DNA of 52,358 nucleotides from positions 1 through 52,358 of the forward strand of contig CAXBQP010000015.1 of NCBI GenBank assembly GCA_963978095.1. Reading direction: 5' to 3'. The stretch is from an uncultured bacterium (GTDB lineage Bacteria > Gemmatimonadota > Gemmatimonadetes > Gemmatimonadales > Gemmatimonadaceae). Below, piece after piece: positions 45,655 to 52,358 of this stretch. The position numbers and the translations under genes were made by a program. Within the stretch, counting starts at the first letter, position 1, and each line of letters opens with the position of its first letter. The notes under the pieces were generated by a model. That model was not told where the DNA came from. It worked only from the letters and a program-made list of their open reading frames with translations, and did no database searches.

Positions 45655-46149
45655 GTGGCAGTTCTTCCCGACCCGCCGGAGGCTCCCGTGCTCGATCCCG
45701 TGAAGATTCTGAACGTTCCCGCCGAGGACGTGGCCGTCATCCGTCTCACCATCGCCCGCACCGAGATCCGGAAGCATATGGGACCGGCGATGATGGAGGT
45801 CATGCAGGCGGTGCACCGGGTTGGGTTGACGCCCACGGGGCCGATGTTCTCCTATCACTTCACGATCGAACCCACCACCTTCGATTTCGAAGTCGGCGTC
45901 CCGGTCGCTGCGCCCATCACGCCGAGAGGGCGTGTCACCGCGAGCGTGCGCCCCGCCTGTCGTGTCGCACGCACCATCTACCGCGGCCCTTTCGAAGGAC
46001 TCGCCTCGGCTTGGGCAGAGTTCAACCGTCTCGTGAAGGAGCAGGGGCACCACTACGGCGACACGATGTGGGAGAGCTACCTCAAGGGTCCCGAAGTGAG
46101 CCCCGATCCCAAGCAGTGGGAAACGGAACTCAACCGTCCGATCGCCTGA
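45655..46149 (+). CDS. GyrI-like small-molecule-binding domain protein
   Basis: GPMF, FEVGVPV, Y.GPFEGL..AW and WESYL.GPE...DP..W.TEL..P. Confidence 0.85.
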   Translation: MAVLPDPPEAPVLDPVKILNVPAEDVAVIRLTIARTEIRKHMGPAMMEVMQAVHRVGLTPTGPMFSYHFTIEPTTFDFEVGVPVAAPITPRGRVTASVRPACRVARTIYRGPFEGLASAWAEFNRLVKEQGHHYGDTMWESYLKGPEVSPDPKQWETELNRPIA

Positions 46150-46201
46150 GACATGCAGGTCGTTCGCATCGCGTACGGCCACTCCGAGAATCACGCGTTC
46201 G

Positions 46202-48538
46202 CTAGAACTCCCACGACACCCCCGCACTCGGCAACCGCCCGAGCTGCGGCGCCACCGCGTGCGTGAAGCTCAACACGTTGTTCCGCACCGACGCCTTGTA
46301 GATGTACGCCGCCACATTCTCCGTGTCGAACGCGTTGAACAGGTCCACGAAGAAGGCGAACTTCCCCCGCGACGTCTCCACCTCGCGCGTCGCCCGCAGA
46401 TCCACGCGGTGATACCAGGGCAGTCGACTCGCGCCCAACGCCGTCATCGGGCCATACTGGGTCAGGATGATCGTTTGGCGGCCGGTCTTCCCCACCCGCA
46501 CGGTGTCCACCACGACACGCACCGGAGACTCCGGCCATCCGGAATGCATCTGCCACGCCGTCGAGAAGCGCCACCCGGAACCGGGAGGCTTGTACGAGAG
46601 ATCCACGTATGCCGTATGCTGCTGATCGAAGGTGCGCGGCACCATCACCCCGCTCACCTGGTCGGCCACGGATGACTGCGCATAACTCACCGACGCATCC
46701 CACCCGACGCTCGACGTGACCTGCGCGCTCAGCTCCACTCCGCGTGCGACCCCTTTCGTCGCATCGCGGTACGTGCGATCGAGGTTCAACTCGGGGAACA
46801 CGAGCACGTCCGACCGCAGATTCACGTAGCGCGGCCGCTCCTGCGTCGTGATCCGCTCGTACCCCTCCACCCGCAACGTCGTATGGGACCACGGATGATA
46901 CTCCACACCGACCACCCGATGTTCCGCGATATCCGCCGCCGCGAAGCTACTCACCCCGTCCTGCACCTGGAGCCCGAAGATCTGCTGCGGCTGCACGTAT
47001 CGCCCCGTGGCCAGTCGTACGCTCAGGGTCGGCGTGATCGTGATCAACGCGTTCGCGCGCGGACTCACCAGCGCATCCTTCGTCCAACTCGCCGCATCGT
47101 ACCGGGCGCCGATCTCCGTCACGAGCCATCGGAACGGCGTGAAGCGCGGCGCGAGGTACGCGCTCATCTGCGTCCCGGTGCTCTGCATCTTGGTCAGATA
47201 CGGCACGAGGTCATCCACGAGCGTATCGGCCTGCACCCGGCGAATCGAACGGGTCGCGGAATAGTCGTACGTCCCCTTTTGCGGCTTCACTTCCGCGCCC
47301 CAGCGCCACGCCCAGCGGTCGCCGCGCGAGAGCGTCCAGTCGCTGCGCACTCCCACGAACGTGAACTCGCGCGTGTCATGCACGGTACTGCGCAACGGCG
47401 CGGACCCCTGTTCATCCCCTTCGCGCTGCCAGGTCAGCTTCCCGCTCGAGAGCACGGTGCGGGCCACGAGTGACTCGCCGAACTGCGCATCCCAGGTGAG
47501 CCAGCCATAGTTGCTGCCGTAGCCGCTGCCGATCGAGCCGTCCTTGATCGCGTACTGCGTCTTGTCGCCCGCGAGCAACAACTGCGCGGATACCCGATGA
47601 TGGTCCGAGAGCTCGTATTGTGTTTTCGCGAACAGGTCCCGATAGGTCGGGTTCAGCGAGTCGGAGCGCCCGGCGAGCTTCAGCGCGAGGTCGAGATACC
47701 CCCGACGCGCGGAGACCAACCAGCTTCCTCGCCCTTCAGCGAACCCACCCTGTGATTGCGCTCGCAGATTCGTGACGCTCACCCCGAGCGCGGTGCGGAC
47801 CCGGTCTGTCTTCGGCTCCGTGGAGCGCAGGGCCAGCACCGAGCCGAGCCGGCCGCCGTTGTCGGCGGTGAATCCGCTCGTCGTGAGCTCCACGCCGCCG
47901 ATGCTCTGCACATCGAGAATGGAGATCGCGTTGTCGAAGTCCTTCATGTGGAAGGGCTCGTACAGCTCCATCCCGTCGAGCGTCACCAACGTTTGATCGA
48001 CCTCTGCGCCGCGCACGTGAAAGCCGGCGCTGAAGTCGCCACTCGTCACGCCGGGGAGCCGGTTGATCGAGCGGAAGAGATCCTCGCCGAGTTGCGGGCG
48101 CGTCATGAGCTGCTCGCGCCCGATCGATTGCGTGGAGGCCGTCGTCTGCGTCATCAACCCGAAGAAACCGGGAGAGACCACCACCGCAGAGAGCGGGATC
48201 GGCGCGCGACTCATGCGGGTGAGAATCGAGTGGTCGGCGCTCACGGTCGAGTCGGTGACCTCGACTGGGCGGAATCCGAGCCGCGTGAAGCGCAGGCGAA
48301 CGATGCCGACCGGCACCCGGTCGATCAGGTACCGTCCGTCCTCGGCGGTCAGCGTGCGCCGTCCTGTCCCGACCAACTCCACCCGAACCCCGGAAATCGG
48401 CGCCAAGGCGGAATCGAGCACCTCGCCTTTGAGCCGGCCGAACCCCTGCGAGCGTCCAACTGTCGCTGTAAGCGACAGAATAGCAACAGAAAAAAGCCAC
48501 TGACGCGATCGTGGCGTCCAACAGGGCGTGCGGGGCAG
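46202..48538 (-). CDS. TonB-dependent outer-membrane receptor with an N-terminal carboxypeptidase-regulatory-like domain
   Basis: Plug motifs EDLFR.I..LPGV...F.VRG...LDG.EL.EPFH; SARRGYLD; barrel ends ...GVSWEF. The frame stays open upstream of GTG 48421 through a signal peptide, so a CTG start at 48538 is inferred. Confidence 0.85.
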   Translation of the reverse strand: MPRTPCWTPRSRQWLFSVAILSLTATVGRSQGFGRLKGEVLDSALAPISGVRVELVGTGRRTLTAEDGRYLIDRVPVGIVRLRFTRLGFRPVEVTDSTVSADHSILTRMSRAPIPLSAVVVSPGFFGLMTQTTASTQSIGREQLMTRPQLGEDLFRSINRLPGVTSGDFSAGFHVRGAEVDQTLVTLDGMELYEPFHMKDFDNAISILDVQSIGGVELTTSGFTADNGGRLGSVLALRSTEPKTDRVRTALGVSVTNLRAQSQGGFAEGRGSWLVSARRGYLDLALKLAGRSDSLNPTYRDLFAKTQYELSDHHRVSAQLLLAGDKTQYAIKDGSIGSGYGSNYGWLTWDAQFGESLVARTVLSSGKLTWQREGDEQGSAPLRSTVHDTREFTFVGVRSDWTLSRGDRWAWRWGAEVKPQKGTYDYSATRSIRRVQADTLVDDLVPYLTKMQSTGTQMSAYLAPRFTPFRWLVTEIGARYDAASWTKDALVSPRANALITITPTLSVRLATGRYVQPQQIFGLQVQDGVSSFAAADIAEHRVVGVEYHPWSHTTLRVEGYERITTQERPRYVNLRSDVLVFPELNLDRTYRDATKGVARGVELSAQVTSSVGWDASVSYAQSSVADQVSGVMVPRTFDQQHTAYVDLSYKPPGSGWRFSTAWQMHSGWPESPVRVVVDTVRVGKTGRQTIILTQYGPMTALGASRLPWYHRVDLRATREVETSRGKFAFFVDLFNAFDTENVAAYIYKASVRNNVLSFTHAVAPQLGRLPSAGVSWEF

Positions 48539-48735
48539 CGTCGTCGTCCTCGGATGCGTGGGGGTGCCGACCGAGTGTTACCCGGCCTAGCGCAATATGC
48601 GTCCCGGGGTCCGACACGCCAGTACCGAGCAACCTCCCCCACCCTTCCTTATTGAAAGGGTCAGGGATTCCCGCCTTGCCAACCGTTGCCCCTCCGGACA
48701 GAATCACCAAGACCCGTAACTGAGGAACCGGAATC

Positions 48736-50532
48736 TTGGGGCCCACCGACGTCAACTCACCGCACCACTACCATAAGGTCGTGGATTGCCAGTATGCGTG
48801 CCCGGCGCATACCAACGTGCCGGAGTACCTGCGACTCATCGCCCAGGGTGAGTACTCCGAGTCGTACCTCCTCAATCGCCAGTCGAACGTCTTTCCGGGG
48901 ATCCTCGGTCGCACCTGCGACCGTCCCTGCGAACCGGCGTGCCGACGGGGACGCGTCGACGGCAAACCGGTCGCAATCTGCCGCCTCAAGCGCGTCGCCG
49001 CCGATCTGCGCGACGACATCACCGATCGACTCCCGACCGCACCCGCTGAGAAGAATGGCAAGCGCATCGCGATGATCGGCTGCGGTCCGTCGTCGCTCAC
49101 GGTTGCCAACGATCTGCTCCCGCTGGGCTACGATGTCACGATCTACGAGAAGCACTCGCAGGCCGGCGGGCTCATGCGCTTCAACATCCCCGCCTTCCGC
49201 TTGCCCGCGCAGGTGCTGGACGACGAAACGGGCTACATCATCGACATGGGCGCCACGGTCAGGTACAACACGCCGGTGGACTCGCTCAAGTCGCTGCTCG
49301 ATGAGGGGTACGACGCCGTCTACATCGGCAGCGGAGCGCCGAAGGGCAAGGAGCTCGACATCCCGGGCCGCTGGGATGGGAATGCCAAGGACGTGATCCA
49401 CATCGGCATCGAATGGCTCGGCTCGGTGCACTTCGGCCACATCGAGAAGATCGAACCGCGCGTGCTGATCATCGGCGTCGGCAATACCGCCATGGATTGC
49501 TGCCGCACCTCCAAGCGGCTCGGCGCCACCGACGTGAAGGTCATCGCCCGCCGCTCACGCAAATACTTCAAGGCCTCCCCGTGGGAACTCGAGGACGCCG
49601 AGGAGGAGCAGGTCGAGATTGTCGAGAACCACGCCCCGAAGCGCTTCGTGTACGAGAACGGAAAGCTCGCGGGCATGGAGTTCGAGGTGCTCGAGTGGAC
49701 CGAATCGGGCGGGAAGCAGAAGAGCACGGTGAAGCGCACGGTGATCATCCCCTGCGATTCCGTGATCCTCGCCATCGGCCAGGACAACGCCTTCCCCTGG
49801 ATCGAGCGCGACATCGGCATCACCTTCGGCGAGTGGGACATGCCGGTGGTGGACAAGGTCACGCACCAGAGCACCCTTCCCAAGGTCTTCTTCGGCGGCG
49901 ACGCCGCGTGGGGGCCGCAGAACATCATCTGGGCGGTGGAGCATGGACATCAGGCCGCGGTGAGCATCCATCAGTTCTGCCAAGGATTGAGCCCGGAGGA
50001 GCGGTTGCCCTTCGGCATGAACCTCGTGAGCGTCAAGAACGGCATGCAGTCGTGGGCCTACAGCAACGACTTCAATCCGAGCCCGCGCGCCAAGATGACG
50101 CACGAGGAGTTGGTGAAGCGCTTCGCCGGCGTCGGCGTCGAAGTCGAACTCGGCTTCACCCCCGAGCAGACCGCCACCGAGGTGCAGCGTTGCCTCAACT
50201 GCGACATCGAGACGCACTTCACGGGCAAGCTCTGCATCGAGTGCGATGCGTGCGTCGACGTGTGCCCCGTGAACTGCCTCACCATCACGCCGACTGCCGA
50301 CTCGCTCGAAGAGCTCAAGACGCGCTTGAGCGCGCCGGCCATGAACCCGACGCAGGACATCTACACCTCGGACCCGCTCCCGCAGACCAAGCGTCTCATG
50401 GTGAAGGACGAGGATATCTGCCTGCATTGCGGCCTCTGCGCCGAACGCTGCCCCACGGCCGCGTGGGACATGCGCAAGTTCGAGCTCGTCGTCCCGTACG
50501 CCTTCGCCCATAGCGCACAGGCCACCGCATGA
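48736..50532 (+). CDS. GltD/SudA-like FAD/NAD(P)-dependent Fe-S oxidoreductase with a C-terminal 2x[4Fe-4S] ferredoxin domain
   Basis: CQYACP, LGRTCDRPCEPAC, IGCGPS, IGVGNTAMDC, RCLNC, CIECDACVDVCP and CLHCGLCAERCP; TTG start after GAGG. Confidence 0.9.
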   Translation: MGPTDVNSPHHYHKVVDCQYACPAHTNVPEYLRLIAQGEYSESYLLNRQSNVFPGILGRTCDRPCEPACRRGRVDGKPVAICRLKRVAADLRDDITDRLPTAPAEKNGKRIAMIGCGPSSLTVANDLLPLGYDVTIYEKHSQAGGLMRFNIPAFRLPAQVLDDETGYIIDMGATVRYNTPVDSLKSLLDEGYDAVYIGSGAPKGKELDIPGRWDGNAKDVIHIGIEWLGSVHFGHIEKIEPRVLIIGVGNTAMDCCRTSKRLGATDVKVIARRSRKYFKASPWELEDAEEEQVEIVENHAPKRFVYENGKLAGMEFEVLEWTESGGKQKSTVKRTVIIPCDSVILAIGQDNAFPWIERDIGITFGEWDMPVVDKVTHQSTLPKVFFGGDAAWGPQNIIWAVEHGHQAAVSIHQFCQGLSPEERLPFGMNLVSVKNGMQSWAYSNDFNPSPRAKMTHEELVKRFAGVGVEVELGFTPEQTATEVQRCLNCDIETHFTGKLCIECDACVDVCPVNCLTITPTADSLEELKTRLSAPAMNPTQDIYTSDPLPQTKRLMVKDEDICLHCGLCAERCPTAAWDMRKFELVVPYAFAHSAQATA

Positions 50533-52328
50533 GTCAGATCAACGATTTCGCCTTCAAGATGGCGACGGTGAACGGCACGGGGAGCGCGAGCGCCAACTCG
50601 CTCCTCATGCAGGCCATCTTCCGCATGGGGATCCCGGTGACGGGGAAGAACATCTTCCCCTCGAACATCCAAGGGCTCCCCACCTGGTACGAGATCCGCG
50701 TGAGCAAGGACGGCTACACCGCGCGTCCGCCGGAGATCGACCTCATGGTAGCCATCAATCCGGCCACGTACCGGAAGGACGTCGCCAACGTCCGCAGCGG
50801 CGGCTACCTGATGTACGACTCGAGCTGGCCGATGCCGACCGAGTTGCAGCGCGACGACATCACCATCCTCGGCGTTCCCTTCGGTACGCTCTGCGTCGAG
50901 GCCTTCGAGCGTGATCGTGATCGTACGCTGCTCCGCAACATCGCCTACGCCGGCGCGCTCGCTGCACTCCTCGAGATCGACATGGACGTCGTCCACGAGA
51001 TGCTCAACGAGAAATTCGGCAAGAAGCAGGCGCTCCTCGATCTGAACTTCAAGGCGATCCGCCTGGGCTACGACTACGCCAAGGCGAACTTCGCCTGCCC
51101 ACTCCCGTTCAAGCTTCAGCGCATGGACGAGACCAAGGGGCACATCCTCATGGACGGGAACACCGCCTGCGGCCTCGGCGCCGTGTACGCGGGCGCAACG
51201 GTCGGCGCCTGGTATCCGATCACGCCGAGCACCTCGCTCATGGAGGCGTTCAAGGGGTTTTGCGAGCAGTACCGTGTCGACCAGGCAACAGGGCTCAACA
51301 ACTTCTGCATCATCCAGGCCGAGGATGAACTCGCGGCGGCCGGCATCGCGATCGGCGCGAATTGGGCCGGGGCGCGCGCGTTCACCAACACCTCGGGCCC
51401 GGGCATCTCGCTGATGCAGGAGTTCATCGGACTCGCGTACTTCACCGAGATCCCGTGCGTCTTCTTCGACGTGCAGCGGGTGGGCCCCGCGACCGGGATG
51501 CCAACGCGCACACAGCAGGGGGATCTGTTCTCCCTGGCCTACGCGTCGCACGGCGATACCAAGCACATCGTGCTCTTCCCGTCGAATCCGGAAGATGCGT
51601 TCTATCTGAGCGTCACCGCGTTCGACCTCGCCGATCGCTTCCAGACGCCCGTGTTCGTCGCCACCGACCTCGACATCGGGATGAACGACTGGATGGTGAA
51701 GCGCCTGCAGTGGGACGACACCCGCACGTGGGACCGGGGCAAGGTGCTGAATGCCGAGGAGCTTGCACAAATCAAGAGCTTTTCCCGCTATCTGGATGTG
51801 GATGGTGACGGCATCGCGGCCCGCACCCTTCCCGGCGTCAGCGGCAAGGGCGCCTATTTCGTGCGGGGCTCCGGCCACAACAAGCACGGCGCCTACACCG
51901 AGGATTCCGCCGAGTATCAGGAAGTGCTCGATCGCTTGGCCCTCAAGCTGCGTACGGCGGCCAACACGGTGCCGGCGCCGGAGTTCCATCTGCAGCCTGA
52001 TGCGGAGATCGGCATCGTCTCGATCGGTGGCTGTCATGCCGCGGTGCTCGAGGCGCTGGATCGGCTCAAGGAGCAGGGGATCGTGGCCGACTATATGCGC
52101 ATCAAGGCCTTTCCCTTCTGCGACGATGTACAGGAGTTCCTCGTCAAGCACCCGGTGACCTTCGTGGTCGAGCAGAACCGCGACGCGCAGCTGCGCGCAC
52201 TGCTCGCGATCGAGACCGGTGTGGCGCGCGACCGCATGACCGCCGTGCTCGATTACGGCGGGGAACCGTTGACCAGCCGCGCCGTGGTGAGCGCCGTGGT
52301 CAAGCATCTCGAGGGAGCCCCCGTATGA
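50529..52328 (+). CDS. korA: 2-oxoacid:acceptor oxidoreductase, fused gamma-alpha subunit
   Basis: NGTGSASAN, FPSNIQG.P, GN.A...GA..AG...WYPITPSTS, QAEDELAA, TSGPGISLM and QR.GP.TGMPTR.QQGD; ATGA overlap. Substrate not determinable from sequence. Confidence 0.92.
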   Translation: MSQINDFAFKMATVNGTGSASANSLLMQAIFRMGIPVTGKNIFPSNIQGLPTWYEIRVSKDGYTARPPEIDLMVAINPATYRKDVANVRSGGYLMYDSSWPMPTELQRDDITILGVPFGTLCVEAFERDRDRTLLRNIAYAGALAALLEIDMDVVHEMLNEKFGKKQALLDLNFKAIRLGYDYAKANFACPLPFKLQRMDETKGHILMDGNTACGLGAVYAGATVGAWYPITPSTSLMEAFKGFCEQYRVDQATGLNNFCIIQAEDELAAAGIAIGANWAGARAFTNTSGPGISLMQEFIGLAYFTEIPCVFFDVQRVGPATGMPTRTQQGDLFSLAYASHGDTKHIVLFPSNPEDAFYLSVTAFDLADRFQTPVFVATDLDIGMNDWMVKRLQWDDTRTWDRGKVLNAEELAQIKSFSRYLDVDGDGIAARTLPGVSGKGAYFVRGSGHNKHGAYTEDSAEYQEVLDRLALKLRTAANTVPAPEFHLQPDAEIGIVSIGGCHAAVLEALDRLKEQGIVADYMRIKAFPFCDDVQEFLVKHPVTFVVEQNRDAQLRALLAIETGVARDRMTAVLDYGGEPLTSRAVVSAVVKHLEGAPV

Positions 52329-52358
52329 CATCCATCGCCAAACCGCCGGTCCGGCATC
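52325..52358 (+). CDS. korB: Probable 2-oxoacid:acceptor oxidoreductase beta subunit, N-terminus only (truncated by the window)
   Basis: ATGA overlap with the alpha stop and GGAG upstream; only MTSIAKPPVRH is visible, so the call rests on gene order. Confidence 0.6.
   Translation, partial: MTSIAKPPVRH

Noticed and set aside
48421..48755. Frameshifted TonB receptor N-terminus (ORFs 47736-48755 and 48349-48642)
   Set aside because: The receptor's own frame already encodes a plausible signal peptide, so no frameshift is needed.
1..52358. Mobile element, prophage, defence system, tRNA/rRNA or stop-codon recoding
   Set aside because: No recognisable integrase, transposase, phage or defence motifs, no obvious compositional shift, no cloverleaf or rRNA motifs, and no gene split by an in-frame stop was seen by eye.

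Overview
High-GC bacterial chromosomal segment with about 37 tightly packed CDSs. The gene content and style suggest Gemmatimonadota (inference only): barrel-less TonB-plug proteins, VPS10/BNR proteins with Gly/Arg-rich tails, and many secreted amide hydrolases. I see no rRNA, tRNA, CRISPR array, integrase or transposase. Content is mostly envelope/periplasmic proteins and catabolic enzymes: two VPS10/BNR proteins around a lipoprotein multicopper oxidase; an nfeD-like/flotillin/VOC unit; a plus-strand run of GH18, TIM-barrel isomerase, amidase, P450, membrane spermidine-synthase-like protein, HEAT-cyclophilin and a beta-propeller/GGT fusion; a PEBP-YHYH lipoprotein with a partner gene; D-aminoacylase, MmsA/IolA, M1 and M20 peptidases, an APC permease and an amidohydrolase pair; a TonB-dependent receptor; and a GltD-like/2-oxoacid:acceptor oxidoreductase operon cut by the window end. 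Most unusual: (1) a GGT apparently fused to a tricorn-like scaffold (PD40 propeller plus C1-like helices); (2) a multicopper oxidase with Leu instead of Met at the T1 axial position; (3) the PEBP-YHYH two-gene module; (4) an active plus metal-less amidohydrolase pair; (5) a TonB receptor that seems to need a CTG start; (6) several probable leaderless genes. Family calls are motif recognition by eye; no database searches were run.
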